Assembly: GCF_006345805.1 (NCBI RefSeq)
Contig: NW_021829882.1
Coordinates: forward strand, 1-30,688
Reading direction: 5' to 3'
DNA from: Octopus sinensis
Taxonomy: Eukaryota
Length of the DNA: 30,688 nucleotides
The notes below the pieces were generated by a model, which saw only the letters and a list, made by a program, of their open reading frames with translations, made no database searches and was not told the DNA's origin. The translations under genes and the position numbers were made by a program. Shown piece by piece: positions 1-11,137 of the stretch. Position 1 is the first letter of the stretch; every line of letters begins with the position of its first letter.

Positions 1-225
1 AATGTAGTAAGTTATTATGACTGTTTCCTGGACTGAAGTAATTTGTCTGTAATGGTTAGTGTGTGGATGGTGGTTATGTCTTAAGAAAAATCACTTTGTT
101 AGAATTCCTGGCTAGTGTGTCTTTATAAAGTATCACTTTAGCTTGCTAACTGTTATTTTGAGTCATCCTTTTATTTGACAATATATTGACTAAAGCTATT
201 AACTATGAAAATTGTTTTATTCTAG

Positions 226-1766
226 GATACGCAAATCTCAACAAAGGCAACAGCTGCATGACTTCATAGATTCAAAGTGGTCTGGACAACGAAACAGCCC
301 TGATGTTCAAAGAAAGAATTATCGTAATAAAAGAGGATCGCGAGGTGGAACTCGTGGTCGACTTGGAGATTATGAAGAAAATAGGAGAGATTATTTGGAA
401 AATAATGGACAAGGAGAGTATGTGGATAATAAACGAGAATATCGTGAAATTCGACATGAGGTAACTGATAACCATTGGGACCAGCCTGAAACGAGGAGAA
501 CTTGTATTGACAATAGAGGAGATTCTGAAGAAATTCCTAAACAGAACTTTGTAGAAAAAAAATTGGAAGACACTGAAACCAAGCAGGAGGTTACTGAGAA
601 ATGGCAGCCCTCTGAAGACAGCAAACAAGAGATAATTGAGAAACCTAAAGAGGAAGAGTGCCATTTGAAAAAGGAATCTGGTAATGACGGGAAAGAAACT
701 GTAGAGATTAAAAAGGAACCTGTGGAGATCAAACGTGATTATGGTGATAACAGGCGAGATTACAGTGATAATAGGCGCGATTACAGTGATAATAGGCGTG
801 ATTGCAGTGATAATAGGCGAGATTATGGTGATAATAGGCGAGATCACATCGATAACAGGCGAAATCATGGTGACAATAGGCGAGACCATGGTGATAACAG
901 GCGAGACCATGGTGATAACAGGCGAGACCATGGTGATAACAGGCGAGACCATGGTGACAATAGACGAGATTATGGTGACAATAGACGAGATTATGGTGAT
1001 AATAGGCGAGATTATGGTGATAACAGGCGAGATTATGGTGATAACCGGCGAGATTATGGTGATAACCGGCGAGATTATTGCGATAACAGAAGAGATTACG
1101 GTGATAGCAGGAGAAATTATGGAAACAATCACCGTGAAACTGTTGATAACCGACGTGATTTTAGTGACAACAGACGAGACTATGGTGACAGATCCTACAA
1201 TGGTGAAACCAAACCTAACCATAGCTACCGTACAAATGCTAGAGCTGGCCCACAACGTCAGTTTAGTAACCCTAGCTATAGAAATGATAACGGTGATAAT
1301 CCAAAACTGGATTCTGAAAATTCAACAACTTATGGATTTAGAAAAAGTCCTGAAAACAACAATAATTTTAAAACCCATGAAAATAGAGTCTATAAAACTA
1401 ACTATGAAAATGGACACAGAAACATTGTTGACAACAGAGCTTACAGGAATACAGAGAGCAACAACTACTGTCATAGGAATAATTACGAAAATAAAAAGAG
1501 GACTCCTGATCGGAACTTCTCCCATGAAGAAGTTCATGATTCCATACCAAAACAAAAAGGTGCTGTGTTGAATAATGTTGAATTCAGTGGATCAGTTGTT
1601 ACTGCCAATAATAGCATGGAAAAAAAATCTTACTCTAAGGACAGGCGTATAAAAGGAATTACACGTACACGTGTGCCAGCAGCACCACTTCCTGAAAATA
1701 TGGAAGACCCTGAACGGAATTCTTTCAATTTAGAAGCCATACCTGCAGATAACAAATCAGATCTGG
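226..1766 (+). CDS. CASC3: CASC3/MLN51/Barentsz (exon junction complex) large internal exon
   Basis: Acceptor ttattctAG|G at 224-225 and donor G|GTAAAT at 1767. The exon starts (R)IRK, like the RRIRK that follows the SELOR domain in human CASC3. It contains EKKSYSKDRR, like human EKKSYSRARR. The ORF-track ends (212, 1813) run into introns. Confidence 0.85.
731..1192 (+). repeat. Coding 21-bp tandem repeat, 22 copies of an RRDYGDN/RRDHGDN heptad
   Basis: Counted directly from the translation, KRDYGDN to RRDYGDR; 22 x 21 = 462 bp. Confidence 0.95.
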
Positions 1767-4019
1767 GTAAATTATTACTTTTTTCTTTTCTTTTTTTATT
1801 TATTTTGTTTTGATGTGCAGAACAAATAATTGACAGAAAAGTGTGAATTCTATGTATGATATGAATTAACACTGGCACAATTATTTGTTTTATTAATATC
1901 CTTTTTAGATTCTTGTTAAATATCATAATTTATTTTCATCTCGATTGTATATGCACAGTGATTTAAGAAGATGCTTGTTTAAGTCCAGTTATTAAAACTC
2001 AGTGCAATACTCATTCAAGTAAAGCCACAGTCATCTATCGTTCTTCCAGAAACTTAACTGCATAACCAAGGGTCTAGCCTTGTTAAATTATAAGGTCGCA
2101 CAAGTATTGGGTTGAGTCATAAGACACAAGGATGTAAAACTTGCAATGCTACATTAACATGAATGTTATATCTCACCATTTTGTAGCTCTAACTTTTGGT
2201 ATACTCTTATTTTCAAATACATTGTGATTGGGTATGGATTAGTTTTCAAACTCATGGTGTCTAGGCATAAATTAGCTTTCAAATTCAGTGTCTGGGTATT
2301 GTTTAAGTTTCAAGCTCTCTGTATTTGGATATCAATTAGTTTTCAAACTTGTGTTTGAAAATAGATTACCTTTCAACCTTATTGATTGATGTAGAAGTCA
2401 TTTCCATCAGATTACTTTTATTGTAACAAAATTTCTGAAAATCAAGCAAAAAGAACGATGATTCACTTTCCTTGCAGATTTACAAAATTACCAATTTGTG
2501 TTGGTTTGTTTGGTTTTCTTCAAAAGTTTCTGACATAGAAATCTGCTGAAGAAAATGATTCTAGAAGCATTAGAATAACTTTAAACATAACCTGAAAAAA
2601 TAGTAAAGAAAAAGGATAGTTTGAGTTGAAATTCTAGTAATTACAGCTAATACATTTGCAATAAATGAGATAAAATGACCAGTAGATAAAAGCAATTATG
2701 TCAAAGTTTTGTGATACGTATCATGCTTTGGTAAGTGTAGTGTTGTGTCTGGTAATAGTCAAGGAATTGTGGATAGGGGCAGTCATAGTAGGAGTATAGC
2801 ATATAGATTCTATTTTTGTTGTTAAGGTAGGGGTCACATTTGAGCTTTGTAGCATGCTAACAGATTTTTAGAATTCAAAAATTAAAGTTTCTTAAACTGG
2901 CCATATCTTTCTGTGAATTGCTGTTTTTATCTACTGGTCATTTTATCTTGTTTATTGTAAATGTATTATCTGTGCTATTCTTTCATGTTATGTTTAAAGT
3001 TACATTTTCCATTGTAAGATATGATTGTATGCCACTTGCAAACATATTTTTGTTCATGGAGTCATTAGTATTTGGAAATGTCAGCAGTATAGACAGAGAT
3101 ATCAGTATCTGGTAGGTCATATTCTAGCTACTTATGAAAGTGACATTTGCAACAAATATTTTTCATTCAAGTTGCTTACTGAAGATTTATTGCTGTTTAT
3201 TTTCTATGTAAAATCCTTGTTTTCTTAAGTTAAAACTTACTAGTATTAGTTGAGTTTATTTTCTGGGTTTCAATTTAAGATTGCAACTGAATTCTGACTT
3301 TATTTCCTAACTAAAACATACAATTCATTTGTGCAACCTTAAGTTCTGCTGTTCATCACTTTACCATTTCTCAGTAGATATCAGCCCATTGACAATTGTA
3401 AGCGTCTTGGCATTTCTTACCAAGTTCTTTCACAAATACTTTGATGAGCCCCATATTTTAAGATATTTCTTGAATATGAGCTTTGTATGCTTGATTAGTC
3501 TCTCCTATTAATACATGGCATTTGTACAATGTTGATTTGTTTTCATATAGTGTATTGAGCTAAATTTTACTTGTCATCATTATAAACCAGTAATGAAACC
3601 TTGCAGTAAAATATGTATTCAAGTAAAGCCATAGCTGTTGGAGGTTCTTTACTTCTGGAAGCTTTATTGTATTTCATAACCCAAGCTTTCACATCAGTCT
3701 GTTAATCTTCTTAAATAGTATGATCATCAGGTTGAATCACATGACACACATGTAAGACAGGCAGCACAACATCATGAATGTTATATTTGTTTTCATTATT
3801 ATAAGCAATTTGTACAAGCCAGTCAATCTAGACTAACATATAACTTTAAGATTTACATGTCAATAATCATTTTTAGCTTTTAAAAGTTTTTAAAAAATAT
3901 CTTGCCCATCTTAAATTTTTGTCTCAGACAAATTCTATTAAAACTTGCCAAAATATATAATTTTATTATAAAATTTTCTGAGATTGCTAACAATTAAATT
4001 TAATTTTGCTAATTGAAAA

Positions 4020-4610
4020 CATTGCAAGTCAAAAGTTTTGCAATATTTTGGTAACCTATTTGCTTTATTCATCAAGTTATGACAAAAGTAGCCTAGCATC
4101 CAAAATAGAGGCCATCATATTGAACCATCTGAAGCCACCTTTCTGCCAGTTCTTTGATCCTAGACCAATACCAGTTCTTGTTCTTCAAGGTGAACTCCTT
4201 TCTTGTTCTTCAAGGTGAACTCCTTCACTGAAGTTTCCACCTCCTCTTGGTTGATAAAGCATCATGAGCACAGAAAGTAAGCCATGGATCAGAATAATAA
4301 TCTGAGGGAGCCAGGTCCAGGCTAAATGCTGGCTGTAGCATTAGTTCAATTCCCTCAAGTTCCTGGAGTTTATTCCAGGTTGTGTGAGTGGTATAAGGCC
4401 TTGCATTGTCTTGCTGCAGAAGAGCTCACTTTCTGTTAACCAATGCTGGGTATTTTTGCTGCATAATTGCATACATCCTTTCCACTTGTTCAGAGTACAG
4501 GTTGGAATCAATGGCTCGACTATCTGAAACAAACTCATAGTGAATTATACCCTCATAATTCTATTAGACAGAATCATGTTGCATTTGAAACACCCACGTT
4601 TGGCTATAAG
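4020..4610 (-). mobile_element. Decayed mariner (Tc1/mariner) transposase fragment
   Basis: Minus-strand segments, with frameshifts, read GIIHYEFVSDSRAIDSNLYSEQ, LQQDNARPYTTHTTWNKLQELEGIELMLQPAFSLDLAPSDYY and WYWSRIKELAERWLQMVQYDGLYF. These match the mariner DNARPH...YSPDLAPSDY motifs and C-terminus. Confidence 0.8.
4176..4225. repeat. Perfect 25-bp tandem duplication
   Basis: tcttgttcttcaaggtgaactcctt occurs at 4176-4200 and again at 4201-4225. Confidence 0.95.
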
Positions 4611-4669
4611 TTCCAGAAGTTAGCCCTTGCTTAAAACCATTGCTTATACACATTAGGATTGCGGGAAAA

Positions 4670-4939
4670 TATTTCTCTTGGATTATTACTTGTTCTGGTC
4701 CATGACTCACTTCCTGTGCTTTCAATGCTTCATCAAAGAAGAGAAAATGGAAGCTTCAATGTAAAAGTTCCTTGCCTTGAAGGACAAGTGCTGGTATCAG
4801 TGTGGAATCAAAGAACTGGCAGAAAGGTAGCTTCAGACAGTGCAACATGATGGCTTCTACTTTAAATGCTGGGTTGTTTCTGTTATAACTTGATGAATAA
4901 GTTACCAAAATATTGCTAGACTTTTGATTCAACACAGTA
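4670..4939 (+). mobile_element. Second mariner 3' fragment, inverted relative to the first
   Basis: Reads LDYYLFWSMTHFLC ... WYQCGIKELAER*LQTVQHDGFYFKC and ends in a TIR-like acttttgattcaacacag-TA. Confidence 0.7.
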
Positions 4940-5719
4940 TGATTATGAAATTTATTGAGTAAACTTTACGAAATTGTATAAAATCATTATTCATTGTTTC
5001 TTTTGCTTTTTAAGGATTTTAAATCAAACTGCATTCCCAGTTCTGTCATTAAAATTTTGAAACTAGTGAAATTTTGATCTAAAACAATCATTGGGTGAAA
5101 TATGTACCTTAATGTTAAGTCAGAATTGTTGCCTATCTCATGAATTAGCAGAGCATGATGTAAAACTAGAAGTCCCAGTGAGTTAGGATGGTTCCGCTGA
5201 AGTTTTCATGTAGTAATTGAGTGTAAAGACACTAGAGTGGTTCCCATGGTTTTCTCCAAGTATATGAGAATATTTGTGTTTAATATCAAAAGCTAACACA
5301 CCTATCAATGATACACTTCTCCACACTGGGGTATTCTAATGATATTTTTGTTATAGAATCATGTCTCTGTTAAAGGCTGGAAGCAGAGCTAGTGATGAAC
5401 ATGAACCAAGTTGCACCACAATTTTTATGTCCATGATTGATAGCAGTAGTTATGAGATAATTTTATTTCATACTGAAATATTCAAGTTTAAATCAGTGGT
5501 TGAATTCTTTACTCAAGAAAATAATTATGCAGCTTGTTGTATGTTAGGAGTTTGAAGACTGGATGCTCTTTTCCTAAACCATTTCACAGCATGAACTGGG
5601 ACTAATGAGAATGTTAATCAGAATTAAAATATCCCTTCTACTCTGTATCAGTTTATGTTTCAAATTAGTACTGTCTTTATTGGGTTGCTTTTTTATCAGT
5701 ATTCAATAATTTTTTCTAG

Positions 5720-5848
5720 GTGGTAATGCTTCCAAGACAGAAAATGTCTCTCGTCCTAAGAGATATTCAACACAGCGTCAAAGGAATGTACCAGAAGTAA
5801 ACTACCCAGAGCAGATACCAGTTGAAGGAACTACATACTATAGCCCAA
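5720..5848 (+). CDS. CASC3: CASC3 internal exon (129 bp, phase 1-1), absent from the ORF track
   Basis: Acceptor tttttctAG at 5718-5719 and donor GTAAGT at 5849; in phase with the donor at 1767. Reads GGNASKTENVSRPKRYSTQRQRNVPEVNYPEQIPVEGTTYYSP, matching human CASC3 RAKRYSSQRQRPVPE...EGHYYDP. Confidence 0.88.
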
Positions 5849-6399
5849 GTAAGTGCTTAACAAACAGTCTATTTATAATATTCTGTAATGTCTCATTGTT
5901 TGTATCTGAAAACAAATGCTACTAGTCATCTTAATTAGTTTGAAACTAATTGTTTACCTTGGGAATTTATATTTTTATACTCATAGAAATTACTTCTAAA
6001 ACACCCTTATTTGAACAAAGTATGTATGATGGCTCTTTAGCAAAAAAGCATTTCAGTATAGAGTGTATCCTTCTAATGTGAAACTGATTTTTCTTTTTAA
6101 CTTATGCGAGAGCTTTTCATCTGTTTTATGAACTCCTCAATATTCTGTCTACTGAGTAGCTGTTAGATTGTTTTCATTTTATTTAAGCTACTTGAATATA
6201 TTCATTTCCTTTCCCAGGATATAATATAATACTAATAGTGGGACAAACTTACGATTCTTCAATTGAGAAGCCAGTACATTATCCTTCACATTTCAATATA
6301 TTTCATTACATATTCATATAGAATAGTGTGTGTGTAAATATAAATATCTAGATAGATACATAAGCACTCAGTAGTGATCTTAATAGTTCTCATATTTTA

Positions 6400-7050
6400 T
6401 TTTTAACCACCATCACAACCTCTCATCCACAGTAATGTCATTCTCCTATTCTATATACTCTTTGGGTGATTGAAATGAAGTCCACTCTACTTTCATCATG
6501 TAATTCACAATGCATTCTCAGAATATGGCCAAACAAATTCAAATATCACACTTGATCTCTGGTATCATACTTGCAGTTTTTTTTTTTTTTTTTTAGAAGG
6601 CTTCATTAAGAATTATCTGGCCCAAAAATGCAGCAGCCGTTAAGAAGGTGTTGATATTTTCCATCACCCCTTCAATATCATTCTAGTACTTAGAACAATG
6701 CAGTAATACTTACTGGTTTAATATTACTATTATACATTTACATCTTTATCTTTAAAGTAAGCTTGTTAGATATCTAGAAGCAGCTGAGTTTTGCAGTAGC
6801 TACTCACAATTTTTTCCAATTTTGCTTTGATACTTTTTGCATGTTATTTTTACTAATAAAAGTTCCCACCCTCTTGTACTTCTTTGTGGTACTGTTAATA
6901 TACATAACGTCCATGTTGGAGGTGTTGATATTAAACTCAGTTGGCTTTGCAGGGGAGTTTTCCACTTTCTTGGTTGTATTCAGTAGATAGCATTGCCAGA
7001 TCATCTACAAAGCTTGCCTCCTCTAAGTACAATTTGAAGATCCATAAGAT
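6400..7050 (-). mobile_element. Old, heavily decayed non-LTR (RTE-like) reverse transcriptase fragment
   Basis: Minus-strand segments FVDDLAML (YADD-like), EFNINTSNMDVMYIN, KYKRVGTFISKNN (YLG-like) and FGHILRM occur in the expected order, with stops. This explains ORF 6804..7004. Confidence 0.6.
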
Positions 7051-7450
7051 TCTCCTTCTTTTTACTATTATTAGAGAATGAAACACAGGCCTTCCATGTG
7101 CCCAGGCAGGCTGGGATGGAGTGGGACAGTTGGACTAGTTTAGCATGGACTTATGAATTTGGAGGGGTTTTTCTACTCTTGCTAAAGGCAAAGAAGGACT
7201 TTTTGGTCGAGAATAAACCTTTTTTTCATTCAATAAATTGTCCTACTTTTTCTAGTCTACTATTTGTAGTGTCATCATCATCATCATCATCATCGTTTAA
7301 CGTCCGCTTTCCATGCTAGCATGGGTTGGACGGTTCAACTGGGGTCTGGGAAGCCCGAAGGCTGCACCAGGCCAGTCAGATGTGGCAGTGTTTCTACAGC
7401 TGGATGCCCTTCCTAACGCCAACCACTCCGAGAGTGTAGTGGGTGATTTT

Positions 7451-7860
7451 ATGTGCCACCGACACAGGTGCCAGACGAGGGCTGGCAGACGGCCACGCTC
7501 GGATGGTGTTTTTTTATATGTGCCACCGACACAGGTGCCAGACGAGGCTGGCAGACGGCCACGCTCGGATGGTGTTTTTTTTTATGTGCCACCGACACAG
7601 TGCCAGACGAGGCTGGCAGACGGCCACGCTCGGATGGTGTTTTTTATGTGCCACCGACACAGGTGCCAGACGAGGCTGGCAGACGGCCACGCTCGGATGG
7701 GTTTTCTTATGTGTCACCGACACAGGTGCTAGACGAGGCTGGCGGACGGCCACGCTCGGATGTGTTTTGTTACGTGCCCTCAGCACGGAGGCCAGTCATT
7801 GCGGTACTGGCTACGGTCACGTTCGGATGGTTTTCTTATGTGCCACCGGCACTGGTACCA
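7451..7860. repeat. Minisatellite of ~63-67-bp units in the RTE 3' UTR
   Basis: Near-identical units start at 7451, 7518, 7584, 7646 and 7709; a diverged unit starts at 7772 and a partial one at ~7838. No unique spacers. Confidence 0.9.
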
Positions 7861-8032
7861 CAAGGATACAAATTCCATTGATGTTCATCTATTTTGATTT
7901 GGTTCGATTTGATTTGATACGATTCGATTCGATTCTCACTTGCCTCAACAGGTCTTCACAAGTGTCACAAGAAGAAGGTATGCACAGGTGGACTGACTAC
8001 GTCCCAGGTAGGGGCCACGGATTATGGCTTCA

Positions 8033-11000
8033 CTAGTCTTGCCGGGTCTTCTCACGCACAGCATACTTCCATAGGTCTCGGTCTCTAGTCATTTCCATGG
8101 TGAGACCTAACGTCCGAAGGTCGTGCTTCACCACCTCGTCCCAGGTTTTCCTGGGTCTACCTCTTCCACGGGTTCCCTCAACTGCTAGGGATTGGCACTT
8201 TCTCACACACCTCTCTTCATCCCATTCTCGCCACATGACCATACCAGCGCAATCGTCTCTCTTGCACACAACAACTGATGCTTCTTAGGTACAACATTTC
8301 TCTCAAGGTACTAACGCTCTGTCGAGTAAGTACACTGACATTACACATCCATCGGAGCATACTGGCTTCGTCCACGAGCTTACGCATGTCCTCAGCAGTC
8401 ACGGCCCATGTTTCACTGCCATGTAGCATAGCTGTTCGTACACATGCATCATACAGTCTGCCTTTTACTCTGAGCGAGAGGCCTTTAGTCACAGCAGAGG
8501 TAAGAGCTCCCTAAACTTTGCCCAGGCTATTCTTATTCTAGCAGTTACACTTTCAGCGCACCCACCCCCACTACTGACTTGGTCACCTAGATAGCGGAAA
8601 CTATCAACTACTTCTAGTTTTTCCCCCCGGAAAGTGACAGAAGTTGTTTTCTGCAGATTTTCGGAGGTCAGTGCTCCAGAGCACCTGCCACATACAAAAA
8701 CTATCTTCCCAGTTAGCCTACCTTTGACATTGCTGCACCTCTTATGTGTCCATAGCTTACACTGGGTACATCTTATAGAGTTTCTACCTACACCTTTTCT
8801 ACAGATCGAACAGGGCCATCTTCCTGATGATATTTGTGGGTTTTCTACCTTTCTACTTATTAGTACTTGGTTTTAGCTAGGTTGACTCTAAGGCCCCTAT
8901 TCTAAACCCTCCTTCCACACCTGGAACTTCTCCTCCAGTTCTGATAGTGACTCAGCGATTAGAGCGAGGTCGTCAGCATAGAGGAGCTCCCAGGGCAACC
9001 GGTCTTGAATTCCTCCGTTATTGCCTGGAGGACTATGATAAATAGGAGGGGGCTGAGTACTGAACCCTGGTGGACCCCAACCTCTACTTTGAATTCTTCT
9101 GTGTACATGTTGCCAACTCTAACCTTACTTACGGCATCTCTGTACATGGCTTGCACAGCCCTCACCAGCCATTCATCTATCCCTAGTTTCCTCATTGACC
9201 ACCAGATGAGGGATCGGGGGACCCTATCAAAGGCTTTCTCCATGTCAACAAAAGCCAGGTACAGGGGCTTATCTTGGCTAGGTATTTCTCCTGCAGCTGC
9301 CTTACCAGGAATATAGCATCAGTGGTGCTTTTCCCTGGGACAAACCCAAACTGCATCTCATCTAAACTAACTCTCTCTCTAATTAGTTGGGCTAAGACCC
9401 TCTCCGTAACCTTCATTACCTGATCCAACAGCTTGATACCTCTGTAATTATTTGTATCCAGGGCATCACCTTTACCTTTTATAGCAGTTGACTAGTATGC
9501 TGCTACACCAGTCATTGGGTATGACTCCTTCGTGTATCACCTGGTTGACTATACGGGTGACTAGGTTATAGCCGACACTGCCAGATATTTTGAGCATCTC
9601 TGCAGTAATTCCTGATGGGCCTGGGGCTTTCCCTGTCTTCATGCTCCTAACTGCCTTAGCTACTACGGAACTATCAACTCGGATAGCTGGTCCCTCTGTT
9701 GGGTCAACATTTGGCAGACTCTCTTTATCCCATTCATTTTCTTTATTCAGCAAACTTTCATAGTGGCATCTCCAAACCTCTCTCTTTGCATCCTCATTTA
9801 GCGCAAGTGAACCATCATCCATGCGAACACACTTCTCTCCTACCACATCACGATTCTCTCTCACACACTGTCTTGCAACACGAAATACCTCAAGTCTTTC
9901 ATCCTCACGGCTCAGAACATTGGCAAATTTTTTCTTTCCGCTTCCCCTCTGGCTATATAACCTGTCTCCTAGCTTCCCTTTTGGCTGTCTGATACAATTC
10001 CCTGCTACCACCGTTCTTCCAGTCCTTCCAAGCCTGTCTCTTTTGTCTAATAGCCCCGTCAACCACCGTGTTCCACCACCATGTTACTCTGGGTCGAGAT
10101 GGTACTTTGCTCCATCCACAGATCTGGTCAGTGCTGTCAGCAGATTGTCCCGTAGGAATCTCCAGTTGTCTTCCACATTAAGTGAAGCTATATCCCCTTC
10201 TATTTCGTCAGAGGCTTCGAGTAGTATGTCTCTAAATCTCTGTGCATTTGCAGGATCTTTAAGCTTCCAGACCCTTCTCCTCCAAGCTGGTCTTCTTCTG
10301 GCGACCATTTAGCTCTGATCCTGAAGTCGCTAACTACTAATCTATGTTGGGGAGTACATTCTTCGCCTGGGAAGGTTTTGGCATTTATAATCAGCCCTCT
10401 TTCCCTTTTTCTGGCAAGGATGTAGTCAATCTGGCTGGTGTGTCTGCCAGAACGGTAGGTGACTATGAGAGGTGGGTTTCCTGAAGTGGGTATTGCAGAC
10501 CATAAGGTCATTTGCATCGCAGAACTCCAGCAGCCTGGTTCCCTCCTCATTTCGAGAGCCAAACCGTGGCCTCCATGGATGCCATGGAAGCCCCTGACAT
10601 GTCGTCCAACATGTCCATTGAAATCACCTGCCACGAAGAGAAGGTCACTGTCATTTGTCAATGAGGTAGTCCGCAATAGGGTGTCATAGAATTGGTCTTT
10701 TTGTCCTTCCGGTAGCCCTGGTTGAGGGGCATATGCCGAGATGATGGTAGCTGTCCTATGGTGAAGAACTAATCTAATTTTAATTACTCTGTCACTTATT
10801 CTGACTACCTCGATTACCTTACCTATCCATTTCTCCGCGAGAAGTATACCCACGCCCCCGACACCGTCAATGTTCCCTGCCCAGAAATCTTGTACCTGTG
10901 TTCCTTGCCCGTGAGGAGCCTAGCAGAACCTCCTCTCCACCTTACTTCCTGGATACAGCATACATCCACACGTCTCCGTTCAAGCAGCTCTACAATCTCT

Positions 11001-11137
11001 CCAGACCTACCTTTCAATGTGCCAACGTTGAGCGTGCCAACTCTGAGGGTTTGGGAGGTGTGGGCATCAGAGACCCTGGAACGAGGGACAGCAGTGTCAT
11101 GTACCTGAAAAGAAAGCTTGCATTTGGCAGATTTCAT
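8033..11137 (-). pseudogene. RTE polyprotein (AP endonuclease + reverse transcriptase + PHD finger), frameshifted as assembled
   Basis: APE motifs GTLNVGTL, DVCCIQEVRW, AGDFNGHVG, QIDYIL and QHRLVVSDF. RT motifs QFGFVPGKST, DMEKAFDRVP, GVHQGSVLSPLLF, LYADDL (YADD at 8969-8980) and FRYLG. RTE C-terminal WYGHVARM and RGRGRPRKTW. ATG at 11137, stop at 8033-8035. Confidence 0.92.

Larger units (their letters stand above)
7272..11137 (-). mobile_element. Near full-length RTE-clade LINE; 5' UTR may extend to ~11296
   Basis: Single APE-RT polyprotein, a ~750-bp 3' UTR, a ccatgctagcatgg palindrome near the 3' end, and a (TGA)n tail at 7272-7294. No TSD found. Confidence 0.95.

Noticed and set aside
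272-1571. Long hydrophobic ORFs 272..1255 (-) and 735..1571 (+1 frame) overlapping CASC3
   Set aside because: They are by-products of the 21-bp repeat lacking stops in those frames; only the RRDYGDN frame joins the spliced CASC3 motifs.
1767-1813. Hydrophobic C-terminus KLLLFSFLFLFILF of ORF 212..1813 as a membrane anchor
   Set aside because: It is read-through into a T-rich intron past the donor at 1767.
5388-5444. C/D snoRNA-like pattern gcta-GTGATGA...TTGA-tagc
   Set aside because: Only 57 nt, the D box is non-canonical, and no guide target was recognised.
6218-6325. Candidate terminal CASC3 exon after the strong acceptor ttcctttcccAG
   Set aside because: The in-phase translation (RYNIILIVGQTYDSS...) has no resemblance to the Pro-rich CASC3 C-terminus; it cannot be supported without cDNA.
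6578-6810. Minus-strand donors (6708, 6802) and an ORF ending at a poly(A), suggesting an antisense gene or retrocopy
   Set aside because: Better explained as part of the decayed LINE; the intervening segment is closed in all frames.
7451-7860. CRISPR-like regularly spaced repeats
   Set aside because: Units are contiguous with no unique spacers, there are no cas genes, and the context is a eukaryotic LINE 3' UTR.
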